Source: Podarcis cretensis (lineage: Eukaryota). From it: DNA of 64,000 nt. Location of the stretch: NCBI GenBank assembly GCA_951804945.1, contig OX638153.1, forward strand, positions 27,280,001 to 27,344,000. The letters run 5' to 3'. Both the position numbers and the translations under genes were made by a program. Under the pieces are notes generated by a model. That model was not told where the DNA came from. It saw nothing but the letters and a program-made list of their open reading frames with translations, and searched no databases. Below are positions 50,534 to 62,558 of this stretch, piece by piece; the stretch's first letter is position 1; each line of letters begins with the position of its first letter.

Positions 50534-50738
50534 CTTGGTTTTGCAGATCCCACTGCAACTTGAATCCAATATCACATTGACTGTGCTCAGGTCTGATGCC
50601 ATCATACACACTCCATGATCTACATGTAGGGTCTGTACTATTCTTAAGCGGGTCCCCCATGCAGTTGCACACCTTCCTCTTAATTAGGCACCACAGCAGA
50701 TGCCCAGTGAACAGCAGAATGGTTGCACAACCAGCTCC
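50534..50738 (-). mobile_element. Ancient amniote SINE, AmnSINE2-like
   Basis: Ordered minus-strand blocks GGAGCTGGT, CTGCTGTGGTGCCTAAT, CAACTGCATGGGGGA, TAGATCATGG, GCAGTGGGATC..AAAACCAAG match my recollection of the AmnSINE2 consensus. Confidence 0.5.
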
Positions 50739-50911
50739 GAGGACAGCTTACACAGAACTGAACTGATAGAAGGCTATAGCACACTCAACACAAATCCCAC
50801 TGACCGAGTCATAAGAGGAGCAGTGGCTGCATTCAATCTACTTTTATTCTTTTACATTCCCTGAGGGAAGACTGTGAGCTCAAGACACCCCCACACACAC
50901 ACACACACACC

Positions 50912-51265
50912 TGCCATGGGCTGGTTAGACACAGAGGAACCAGCTGGGGAACCACTAGGGGAAGAAAGCTCAGAGCCCGGGATGTGGTGGTGGGACAACA
51001 ATGAGAGGAAAGCCCTGGAGCTTGGCTAAGCCTGGAAAACCAGTAGAATGGCCAATCTTCTGGAGAGGGGGGAACTTATACAGCTGTGGGGAGGTGGAGA
51101 CTTTCAGTATCAGCAACTGATCCATGGGGCAAGACCTACCAGGGATGAGTTGCTGTGCCCATTAGGCCTGACACTCAGCCAAGTCTATGGAGACCATGTT
51201 TTTGCTAATAAAGCATTAACTCCAACTTTGGACGGTGTGATTTAATGCCAGCTCACTTTTTGACA
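50912..51265 (+). mobile_element. Solo LTR, family copy 3, internally deleted
   Basis: TGCCA...TGACA termini, AATAAA, TSD ACACC/ACACT; lacks roughly 280 bp relative to copies 1 and 2. Confidence 0.82.
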
Positions 51266-53798
51266 ACACTCTACTGGGCACATGTGTCCGGAACCAGGAT
51301 AGGGGGTGTATATTTGAATCTGGGTTGGGGTGTCCCAAGCCAGGGCCCCTGCCTGATACTTGAATGCAAGGCTTGAGAGAGAAACCAAAGTGCAAGTAGG
51401 CAGATGTCAGAGCAGAAAGAACAGAAGATCAGCCATTCTACTGGTTTTCCAGGCTTAGCCAAGCTGCTTGCCAATCACAGGGATTGATGCTTCACATCCC
51501 TCTCGCCTTCCAGGCCTGTTGAGCACAGCTCCAAATGCCTCACTAGATGATTTTTGAGCCTTGGCCCATAAGGTTGCTCATTCAAGCCTCAGAGAACCCC
51601 AATAGCACTCCAAGCCATTGTGTGAACCTGCTGTGGGATGTATCTGCATTTCAGTGTGCAAATACACTTCACATTACATATAGAAGGAAAGCAAAAATAG
51701 AAGTGATGAGAATCCCCAAGAGTTATGCTTTCCTTCCATCTGTACCTTGTTTATTCCTGGCAGCTATTGTTTATTTTTTTTTCTCCTCCCCTCTCAACCA
51801 ATCCTTTAATGATATGGGTCTTTGTTTCCTTTGGGCTGTAATCAGACGTTTTCTGTAAACATCTGTTCCTGCTTTGAATGGTTTTAAGAGCATCTCATAT
51901 ACAGGCTATTAAGGGATATTACGAAAAGGGTTCGTTTTTTCTCCAAATGTAAGCAAAGAATACCTTCAACATTATCTCAGGACTGGAAGGCAGGGCTAGT
52001 AAAATGAAAATGAAATCCGACAAGGGCGAACATATATACAAGGCCCACAATTACAAAATGGGGCCAAGGCCGTAGTATTTCCAAAATAGATTAAGTGGTT
52101 ATAGTCTGACACTAATGGCCTCATCACACTGGCTCTCTATATAATGTGTATGGCTAATGGAGTGTCGTAGTCTCCCATTGACTCCACGATTTTGCACTTG
52201 ACTCTGAGCAGCGGACCTTGAGATTGTAGTAAAAGACAAAGTAGGCATCACGTCCAAAGTCTGCCAACTTCTGTATGAAAGGAGCCTTGGCCAGACAGGG
52301 GTACCAGCCACCCATCAGATCTGTGTTAGGTGATGCAGAAGCTGCAGCTCCACACTTAATGGAATAGCTTGAAGTCTGATTTGTACCTTGTTTCCAGAAG
52401 ATCAGGCAACACTCTCTCTCCTAGAATATGCTCTTTCTATCAAAGGCGAGCATCCAGAGATAATTACAGGTAAAGGTGTTTCCAGAGATATTTAAGTGCC
52501 AAAGCATATTTTGTCACAGTGAGGAAATGTAGGCAGAGAAAGAGGAGTGTGGTATTGATTTGCTGTTTGCTTGCTTATTTGTTTGTGGGGAGGGAGGGAG
52601 GGAGGTAAATAAAAGAAAGGATTTCTTTTTTTAAAAAAAGTTGAAACCTTTTACAGGTGACTTAATGATCCCATTCAATAGGATTCATGACTGGCTTATT
52701 AAAAATTAGCTGATAATGTTAATCTATTAAATCTGAATAAATTTGCATATTACCGTAACCTCAGTATTGCTGCTTTCTCCCCTCCCACATTCTCTATTGC
52801 AGTAGCCCTGCAGGGAGCCTCAACACATATGCTGCTATCACACAGCCCCATGCCATGAGTCAAAATTTGCCTTTAATGATTAGAATTGGTCTCTGCTTAT
52901 TAATCAGCTCAAGCATAAGCTGGTTAACAATTAAAGCTCGTAGCTCTATTCAGAAGTTCAGGAAGGGTGTATTCAACATGTTCCTATGATGTTTATGAAC
53001 AGGACAACACCATTGCCTGAAAGCAAAACATAATATATGATTTCCTCAGTGGATGCTTACAGGTTGTTGCAAAGTACTTGAGGGGTTTTTAAAGAGTAAT
53101 CACATTTAACTATTGAAGAAGAATGAGCACCATTGTTATAAAGGTGAATTTGCAACAAGGAGTGGCTTCGGAACATGGCGTTCTTAGGCAGCTGCCAGGG
53201 CCCCAGCAGATGTATGGCTGATTCCTGTTCTGAACCCCACTTATGTTTCCCCCCCCCCCCCGCCTCCTCTTTGTTTTTCTGTATTTAAAAACTTGCTGCT
53301 GCTTTAGCTATTGTTTTATTGAGATGGGGGGGGGGTTGCTATTCTATGTGTAGGTATGTTGTTTTAAAAAATAATTATAATAATTTGGGAGCAGTATTAA
53401 GTGCTTTTTGCTAAGGTGAAAAAGGCAGGGTAATTTTTTAAAAATGCTTTAAAAGTGCTTTCCACTTCCTGACACTGTTTTGATCTTTCTCAAACAGGCA
53501 GAGAGCTACTCGTTGCTAAGCCCTTCATAAACTTCATAACAAGCCTGCAAATATTTCTTTGGCTTCTTGGCTGTGCATAGGATGCTGTCCCCAGATACGC
53601 TCACCTGGCGCCTTCATTACACGTCTTTAGGTGCCTGGCAAAAACATTCCTCTTTTCCCAGGCCTTTGGCTATTATTATGCTGCCTGTCAGTATGCTTTT
53701 TACTATATTTTTGTTATATTTCTTAATCATTGATAAAATGTAATGTGTTTTTAATGCTGCACACTGCCCTCGGATCTTTTGATAAAGGGCAGCACATA

Positions 53799-54058
53799 CC
53801 GTATTTTTCGCTCTATAAGACGCACCAGACCACAAGACGCACCTAGTTTTTGGAGGAGGAAAACAAGAAAAAAAATATTCTGAATCTCAGAAGCCAGAAC
53901 AGCAAGAGGGATCGCTGCGCAGTGAAAGCAGCAATCCCTCTTACTGTTCTGACTTCTGGGATAGCTGCGCAGCCTGCATTCGCTCCATAAGATGCACACA
54001 CATTTCACCTTACTTTTTAGGAGGGAAAAAGTGAGTCTTATAGAGCAAAAAAATACGG
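53799..54058. mobile_element. Tc1/mariner (Tc2/pogo-like) MITE nested in an L2 3' tail (~53580-54080)
   Basis: TIR CCGTATTTTTCGCTCTATAAGAC / GTCTTATAGAGCAAAAAAATACGG with TA TSD. Confidence 0.88.
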
Positions 54059-55297
54059 TAAATTGAACAAATAAATAAATAGCTCCGAACATGAAAAAGG
54101 ATCCTAGGTTAGTGTTCTCCAGAATGTGCCAACTTTTCAATGTGCAGGGAGGTTGTTGAGTATTCAAACACATGATCTCCCACATATAGCCTGATATCAT
54201 ATGATCCAGGAACAGCTGTTACCTCACCATTCTCCTGCCTATGCGTAGGGGCGGACTTTGGTCTTTAACATTTCAGTGGTGCTCTGTGCGAGGCCACAAA
54301 TCCCCCCACACCTCTCGCCCGCTGTTCTGCTAAATTCACTACATCATAGTTGTGGCGCCCTGCAGCGCCCCCTAGGCTCGGCACCCAGTGTGGGGGAACC
54401 GGTTTGTGCTTCCCTAAACCTGCCTCTGGTGTGTGGACTGGCTGTGATTCAAAGGGCAAGGCGTCACATTTTCCATTTGACACATCTGTGACTTGTTTCT
54501 TACCGGTTTAAATACAGAGTGATATATATTGCAAGATGGTATCTAAGAAACCACCTTTTATTACCACTGTCTGCCAGAAACAAAGGAAGGAGACAGTGAT
54601 GCCCTTTGAAATCTTAACCCAAAAGCTATTCATAGGAAAGAGGAGTCTAATTGGAAATTAGTTTTTTCCCCCCTCCCTGCTGCCGATTTTAAGTGTATAA
54701 TGACAGAAGAAACTGGCTGCAGAATGCAGGTGAAACAATGATGTCATTCATTCATTTTCATAACACCACACTGCCAAAAATAACTGCCTGAACTCTGAAG
54801 AACACCACGGCCTTCCTGCTGGGACAAAAATAACAGAACAGGGGCCATCTGTACTGTTGCTCTTTGCAGAGTGGGTGGGAATGCAATCTCTCCCAACCCA
54901 CAACCCAATTTTGCATTACGGAACAATGAATTTGTCTTTCTCAACAGCAGCAAAAACCACTCTTTGGAGTTTTAGGTTTCACTGCAAAAGTGAACTAACT
55001 CTTTGCAAATCATCAAATGGTGTACTTAACTGCATTTTGCTTCCAAAAAACATTGAAGAGCACAATGCATATGCATAGCTTGACCTTTATTCACAGGGTT
55101 TTGAAGCACTTCCAAGGAAGGGTGGGAAATATGTGGGAGGAAACCACTGATGTGGTGAACATGATTTCTGATGAGCTCCTATGTTCTGAATGTTCCTTTA
55201 TGTAGGGTGATTTTCCAGGTGTGTCCTGGAGATTGCAGTGCCCCCTTGCCCAATGCAGAGTGACTGCTCTTTAAAGTGCAATATCATATCCCAACAC

Positions 55298-55440
55298 AGA
55301 ATCATAGAGTTATAGAGTTATAAGGGATCAGGGGAATCATCTGGTCCAACCCCCTGCAATGCAGAAATCTTTTGCTCAAAATGGGGCTCAAACCTATAAC
55401 CCTGAGATTAAGAGTTTCATGCTCTACCAACTGAGCTATC
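55298..55440 (-). mobile_element. tRNA-Lys-derived SINE with CR1-like tail
   Basis: Minus strand GATAGCTCAGTTGGTAGAGCATGAAACTCTTAATCTCAGGG head, then TGCATTGCAGGGGGTTGGAC..GATG and (CTCTATGATTCT) tail. Confidence 0.85.
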
Positions 55441-56086
55441 CTCTGTCATAATATCTGCAGTTCTTCTTTTTCTGGTATGGTGCAATCACATCTTATATGA
55501 GAGTTCAGTTCCAAGGGTTCCAAGTCCACCACCACCGCTCCTCAGAGGCCACCCTACCACCTCTCCTTCCCAAAGCAGATGTAATGATTGCAGCAGCAGC
55601 ATTATGGGAGAAAGGGGAGACTCTCTTCCCTTTGTCCCCCGCCTCCATCAGCAGGGGAAGGGCAGCTGCTGATTTGCTGAGGAACTGTCCCAGTCTGTCC
55701 TTTGCAGGTCTCTCACTGCACCTACTCACTCTTGGTCCTGCTTACCAACCCTGTCAGCTCGCTCTGCCCCCTCGCCTACCTGCCCGCACTGCCAACCTGC
55801 CTACTTCTCTGCCTGCCTACTTGCCTGGGCTAGCCGCTTGCTCTTTTGTCATCACAAACTGCAGCATGATGACAGCATTGCAATTTTATTATATGCAAAG
55901 AAATTGCTTTGCAACAATGTGTTTATTAAGAGAAATTTGCACTGAAACACTGAAGAGTTTTCATCAGGACTTTTTATAATAATAATAAAAAAATCACAAT
56001 CTGATGTGGAGAAGTGGAGAACCAAACATAACATTGGGAAAATGAGAAACCAAAATCAATACATTGTATAGTATAATGGCCATATA

Positions 56087-56317
56087 CAGTGGTTCCTCGG
56101 GTTAAGAACTTAATTCGTTCTGGAGGTCCGTTCTTAACCTGAAACTGTTCTTAACCTGAGGTACCACTTTAGCTAATGGGGCCTCCCGCTGCTGCCACGT
56201 GATTTCTGTTCTCAACCTGAAGCAAAGTTCTTAACCCGAGTTACTGTTTCTGGGTTAGCGGAGTCTGTAACCTGAAGCATCTGTAACCTGAAGCATCTGT
56301 AACCTGAGGTACCACTG
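56087..56317 (+). mobile_element. Tc1/mariner MITE, family A copy 5
   Basis: Same TIRs and TA TSD. Confidence 0.9.
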
Positions 56318-59100
56318 TACTACCTCCATGCCCCAGGTGCTGGGGAACAACAGCAGGAGAAGGCTATTTATTATAAGCGGACTTCCCACGGGCTTCTAGT
56401 TGTCCACTGTGGGAAACAAGATGTTGGATTTGATAGACCTTTGCTATGAACTTTTTTCTTTGTTATTTGTCGAAAACCCTAACTTTTGGTTCATTAAGCC
56501 AGTGCGTTCCAATCTGGGTAGATTCTGACTCAGCGTATCTCAACGCACAACTATGACAAAAGTGTATGGTTAACTCTCTTGGGGAGATGGGTGGGCAAAG
56601 ATTGGAGGCTTTTACAGTTATTACCCAGCACCCCGGTTCTCTCTCTCTCATCCTGCTGATCTATGTAGGTGGCAGTAGGTGGCAGCAGCTATTAATTCTT
56701 TGAGATATTTTAGGGTATATTTAGTACCAGCAGTTATCCTGGAGCCATTAGTCAGACATCCACTTTGGCCTACCTGCTAATCCTCTGGGGTAAGGAGACG
56801 GGTAATGACTCTTTAAAAGGCTTCACAGACATCAGACTTTCTATGCACAAACAGGCCCTGGATCTTCTTTTCCCCTTTTGCCAGGATTTTTGCTCTGTTG
56901 CCTGGACTTTGCTTGCCTCGCTTAAGCATCCAGTTCTCCATCTAACCGTTACCCTCTCCTGTTCTTGACAATGTGCCAAAGTGGTGCTGGGAGGCAATTA
57001 GTTTGTTACTGAAACAAAAGTGCTGCCCTCATAAAAAAAAAAAAAGTTCTGTTTTAATCTGTCACCAGGTTTTGGGTTATCTGAATCACTTCTTTCTGTG
57101 CTTCATAGCTTGGAATTCAGCTGACTATTACTGAAATTACCTTAGCGAACGGAACATCCAGAATTGCACTGACAACCCCATATAGCTAAATCATTTACTA
57201 AGCATCTGACTTTTATAACTTCCTTCAGTAGGGACAAAACAAATCAAAGGCAAAGGGGGAACACAGGAGTTGCGCTCAACCCAGATAGGCTATTGTATGC
57301 CCCTACTATCTTTGACTCTTATTTTTTACTTTCTCCCATCCCACACATTAAAAATAATAATAACTGAAAATCCTAGGTTTGGGTTCAGCAGAAAGCCTAA
57401 CCCTGGGGGAATTATTTGCCAGCAGTAGATCAGAACCTAGATTGGACATAGGGAGAAAGTGCAGAGATTTCAGAGTGCAGTGTGGGCTGTTTGAAGGCCC
57501 ATTTGCAAACAAGCCCATGCTGCTCTTTAAACCCCTAAAACCTGAAGGCTCAAAGGGCAGCATGGGAGATCTTGCAAAAGGGCTTTGAAATAGCCTCACA
57601 CTGCACTGGGAGAGAGGAACACTTCCCCCTCCTAGAGCTAGCTGTGCTCCCACTGCTCAGCAGCTGATGGGGCATAGGGGAGTGCTTTGCACTAGCAAAG
57701 GAACAATTGGGAGCTCACGTTGAGCTCCCAGTTGTTCTTTTGAGGCCCTGCCCTTACCTGCTGCACACATGATGTCATGTTTATTGTCAGGTGTAGGGCA
57801 GGCGGCTGTGGCTTGCCCTATACTCCAAGCCCAAATGGGGAGGCCTGCTGGGCTACGTTTGGCCCATGGGTTGGAAGTTCTCCACCCCTGTCCAGGGTCC
57901 TTTCCCCACAGTGGCTAACCAGATACCACTGGGAAACCCACAAATAGGGCACGGGGCATCAGCCCTCTCCTGCTGCAGTTATCATGATTTGTAGATCGTG
58001 AAGACAGCAGACGACTTGCAGCCATCACAGCCAGAGTTTGCCACTGGGTTGTAATTGTTTATTATGTATTGTAAGTATTTTTATAGTGCCCTTCCATCAT
58101 ATTCCCAGGGAGGCCAGAAAAAGAACAAAACATTTATGTAAATACCCGTATATTTATATATGCTGCAAAATTATAAGTCATCCAGACAATTTCTAAAGAG
58201 CCTGGGAAACTGGTCTCACCGCTTGGCATGGTCAGAGCCTCTTGGCCAGAGCTTATAAGATGTTTAAAAATATGTAAAGCTTCAGAACTAGCTTAAATTG
58301 CTTAAAGCTATTATTACAGTAATTGAAACATCATTCCATTCTGGGAGCAACATCAAACATTTCCTTTTATCAGGCTGCCTATAGATATTAAGGCTAAACC
58401 AAGCTAGTGTCGTCTCTGGGGTAAGATACAGTAGAAGTCTATTGGCTTCAACCAAGTACAAGCATTTGCGGGATTTTTTTCCTACCCCTTTTGATACAGG
58501 TCAATGATCCCATTAATGTCACCTGATAAGAAAGTCAGGACCTTTATAAATTAAAGATCACATGTCCTGGGAAAACTAGTTCTTGTTTTAATTTAAAACA
58601 GGCTGTTGGTGGGTTGTTGTGTGTGGGGGGGTGTTAGGGGATAGAGTTTACTCTTCATTTCAAAACAGTTCACAGTATATTGTCAGTTTAGTTCCTGACT
58701 TTATTTGAGAAAAGATCAAAGATTCCTGAAAATTGATGTGTAGAATGCATTTAATCATTTCATTGCAATGTGCTGAATAAGTTAATAGTTGAGAAGACTC
58801 TGTCAAGCATGATACTAAGTAACACAATTGGGCGAGAGTCAACAAAGTCCTTTATCCACATACCTGGGAGTGAATTCAGTGGGACTTCCTTCCAAGCTGG
58901 CAGGTATAGGGTGACAATGTGAGTCTTCTTGATTTCAAAAGGAGTTGCAAACATGTGCTTAGATCTCTCCCACTATCCTTAATGGGACAGTGTATAGGGA
59001 AGTTTTTTATGATTGGTGTTTTTACTGTGTTTGATGTTTTAATTTGTTGGAAGCCACCCAGACTGTCTGGGGCAACCCAGTCAGATGAGTGACATATAAA

Positions 59101-59259
59101 CAGTCTGGTGACTTCTGTTTCAGTGTATCTGAAGAAGTGTGAATGCACACAAAAGCTTATATCAAGAACAAATAGTTGGTCTCTAAGGTGCTACTGGACA
59201 TTTATTTTTATTTTTATATATATTTCAACTGTGTCAGACCAACACGGCTACCTACCTGA
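59101..59259 (+). mobile_element. Short Penelope-type insertion, copy 3
   Basis: 7-bp TSD ATATAAA at 59094-59100 and 59260-59266; degenerate hammerhead at 59125-59162; inserted at the end of an L2-type tail. Confidence 0.75.
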
Positions 59260-60032
59260 ATATAAATCATTAGTGTAACTTTGACTTAATTGCATCCATA
59301 TCCTGGACTGAAAAGCATGAATCTCACATTGCGTCTTTCCCTTTATGGTCTTATAATGATTTCCCATAAACATGCGTTATCATAATATTGAGTATATATT
59401 ACAATGAATTTCAAAAAGTCAGTGAATGTGAACACTCCTTGGTGAACTACATAAATGTCCTGAAACATAAACATTCGCACTTGGGATCCCAGTGAATGGT
59501 GAGAATTGCAGTCAGTAGACCGCCATAGCTATCTGCACATGAAACACACCCCATCCATGAACCATCATTTACTGAATATGTGAGGGACAGTGGATCATAC
59601 CTGGTGCTTACAATCTCAATGCTGATTTGCCCCCAGGCCAAGCCTGGTAGCTGCACATTCTGCATTAGTGGGGGGGGGGGCTATACATTTACAGCCCAGG
59701 GTTCCCAATGATATGGGGAAGATGGTACATGGGCAGGGCCTTTGCATACAGAAGGTCCCATGTCAAATCACCAGCATTTCCAGACAGAGCTGGGAGAAAC
59801 CCTTGTCTGAAAATCTGAAGAGTTTCTGCCAGTGGGTGTAGATTCAGCCACATAGAACTGGGGGTAGAGATAGACTTTCATGTTAATTTTCTGGGATGGT
59901 CCTCAGTGACACATGAATATCAACATTTGCCAAATTTTGGACATTCACTGATATAGGGTAATGTCCAACTCAGTCATACTCAGGAGCAGTGCTGGATTTA
60001 TGTATAGGCTAAGTAGGCTGAAGCCTAGGGCC

Positions 60033-60248
60033 TCTAAATCTAGGGGGCCTCGCCAGCCCTCCCGCTCCCCAGAGCCGCAGTCTCCCCTCTTCCAAAACTG
60101 CAAACCCAAGACTTCATGTGAGGGTAGGGCAACTCAGGCTTCTAGATCTAGGGGGCCTCACCAGCCTGCCTGCTCGCCAGTGCCACAGTCTCCCCTCTCC
60201 CAAAATTGTAAACCCAAGACTTGATGCAAGGGCAGGGAAACTCAGGCT
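60033..60248. repeat. Diverged 108-bp tandem duplication (2 copies)
   Basis: 60033-60140 versus 60141-60248. Confidence 0.85.
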
Positions 60249-60264
60249 CAGCAATTATGAGACT

Positions 60265-60483
60265 CAGGGCTAGCCAGTGGGGCCCAATTTGAAGCAGTGG
60301 GGCGCAACTTGATTTTTTTTTTTTTTTTTTTTTGGTAGGGCCCCAGTTCACAGCCAAAGTCTGCAATATCTTATAGATATAAATAAAATCCATCTAGATT
60401 GCCCTGGTGCAGGGGCCCCCTTAGGAGTGGCCCACAGGGCCTACTTTGGCCCAGTTGCTCCAGTTGCCCTAAGGTCATCCCTG
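60265..60483. mobile_element. hAT MITE nested in the larger hAT element
   Basis: CAGGG...CCCTG termini; perfect 8-bp TSD ATGAGACT at 60257-60264 and 60484-60491. Confidence 0.82.
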
Positions 60484-61439
60484 ATGAGACTATGCAGGGA
60501 TTGGACTGACAAGTTCTGCACCTTCTAGGTCCCTGGTGTCACCATTCAGAGTACAAACTCAAGGACATGTTATGGAAATAAAGGGGGCACTTATTGGAAA
60601 TTAGTTTTGCCACCTCTTCCCCCCCAAACCCCAAATCAGTGAGCCCAGCCACCTTTTATTCACAGTCGCATAAGCACTACACTACAGCATGGCCATAAAC
60701 TTGTACATTCAACCGCTGAAATATACACCCAATATGTAGCAATGGAGATTTATGTTACTGCTTTATGAATGAACAATGTGTTTTATGAATGGATTCTGTA
60801 TTTTGTGAATTACTTAAGAGCCACCAATAGGGAGCTCTAGAATCTGACAGCTAACCAATCAGGCACTACCAAACAGCTACCCCTATTGCCGAAAGCAGGT
60901 AACCAGCAGGGAATGCTTCAGCTCAGCCTTTGCACTGTTGACTGAACACCCCCTGCTGTGCAGATAATGGAAAAAGCTCCTAAATTGTATCCCTTCTGGC
61001 ATCCTGGCCAACTCTATTACGCTGGTGTAAATCCTGCTGCATCAGAAACACAGAATAGCAGTAAATAAAATCCACTCATACGTCAGCAACTGATAAGACT
61101 TGTCAACCAGTTCTTCCAAAGTCTTCCTAAATTATAAAGCTCCAAAATACAGGCCAAAAGAGGGCAGGTCTGGGGAAAGCGAGGCATACAATTGGCAACA
61201 CCAGTAAAAAGGTCCTGCTCCATGTAACTCCTGCCCTGTCATTTGACAGAGTGCCCACTTGTCCTCCTTCTTGACATGGAATGCTCTCTATTGGAGTCTC
61301 CAGGTCCAGTACAAAGACCACAAGAAGAGAGAGCAGGGACCTTGAAGTTCCCAACAGCTGTTAATCAAGCAAGCAAGCACGCAGGTCACCTTTGCCACAG
61401 TCAGGATGCTTATGTCCTGGCCAGGTCTGCACCCAAACT

Positions 61440-61537
61440 TGTTTCTGTACAATCTTGTTTGTCCTCAGTAACCAAAATTATATTATCAACATATACAAAC
61501 AGAAAAGTTTGTATATTCCTTCATTTGCAAGGAATCG
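61440..61537 (-). pseudogene. Ty1/copia reverse transcriptase catalytic-motif fragment
   Basis: Manual translation PC...QTFLFVYVDNIILV, matching copia DPC...LLVYVDDII with D to N. Confidence 0.6.
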
Positions 61538-61879
61538 TAAAAAAGGGGGGCACTAACAAAAAAAAGTTCCAGGGTAGCACAGAAAGCAAACTAAAAATAC
61601 TTTTGCAGCTCATCAGAACTATCCAGCAATATCAAGTTATAGGAAAACTGGTGCTATTAACAGTAATCCTTCTAGTTGCTTAATTGGTTCAGCAACTTCC
61701 ATGCACATGACGTGTGTTGCTAATTATTTCCCCCAAGAGTTAAATGATAACTAATAATAACTAATCAGAGGCAGCTACAGGAGAGCTATGAGATTCAGGT
61801 GAGGGTCAGATGCCTTGTCAATCCCAGCAGGTATATAAGAGGACAACCCGGCCTGCCCACCATTCTCCTAAAGAGGAGA

Positions 61880-62140
61880 AGTCTAGCATGGAAGACTTGT
61901 GTATAGTACGCAGATCTGAAAGGGCCACAAAGGGTAAACCACCCAAAAGGTATGCTGAAGAGTTTGCTAAAACAGTCATAGCAGATACAGCTGCTGTTAG
62001 TAACTCAGAGAAGGTTTGGGAACCTTCAAGCTTCCAAGAGGTCCAAAGTTTAACCTCAGAGGATGCTGAGCCATGGTTAAATGCCATGAAGGTTGAACTT
62101 GATTCCTTAGAGAGGAACAAGACATGTGAACTAGTTCCAG
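61880..62140 (+). pseudogene. Ty1/copia polyprotein fragment (integrase-RT linker and RT start)
   Basis: RRSERATKGKPPKRY...EPSSFQEV...W..AM..EL.SL..NKT.ELVP in ORF 61810-62217. Confidence 0.85.
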
Positions 62141-62558
62141 GCATGCCCAGGCCACAAAAGGTTTACAAAGTTCAGTTATTGCAAAGGTTTTCCAGTGTTA
62201 ATTTTATGCATTTTTAAAAATCAGCATGGTATTTAACAATAATATCTTATGTCCTTTAGAGAAGAAATTGTGAATTGTAGAATTTTAAATACCCGTCATC
62301 ATCCTTGGCTTCACTCAGTTTTGTTTATAAAATGGGGATGGGAAGGGGCCTCACAAGTGGAGTAGCCTAGGGCCTCTCTTCATCTAAATCTGGCCCTGCT
62401 CAATAGTAGATCCATTGAAGTAAAGTCCATTGTTTCGAGAGGGTCGGCTCTGAGTATGACCAGTGATGAATATCACCCATGAACTGTATATGTAGCATCT
62501 GAAAAGAGAGGGTTTTAATATAGAAATACAAATCTTCCCAGGAATTGATTTTTAAATA

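Larger units (their letters stand above)
59987..62398. mobile_element. Non-autonomous hAT element (2.4 kb) with mosaic interior
   Basis: TIR CAGTGCTGGATTTA / TAAATCTGGCCCTG, same type as the 23722 MITE; subterminal GCCTAGGGCC at both ends; 8-bp TSD CTCAGGAG/CTCAATAG (6/8). Confidence 0.75.

Noticed and set aside
52140-52190. Possible pre-miRNA hairpin
   Set aside because: Short, bulged stem and no recognised mature sequence
55370-55440. tRNA-Lys gene
   Set aside because: Mutated T-arm and acceptor stem, fused to a CR1-like tail; it is a SINE head
60490-61430. hAT transposase or further copia remnants inside the 2.4 kb element
   Set aside because: Only weak, frameshift-dependent motif resemblances; needs BLASTX
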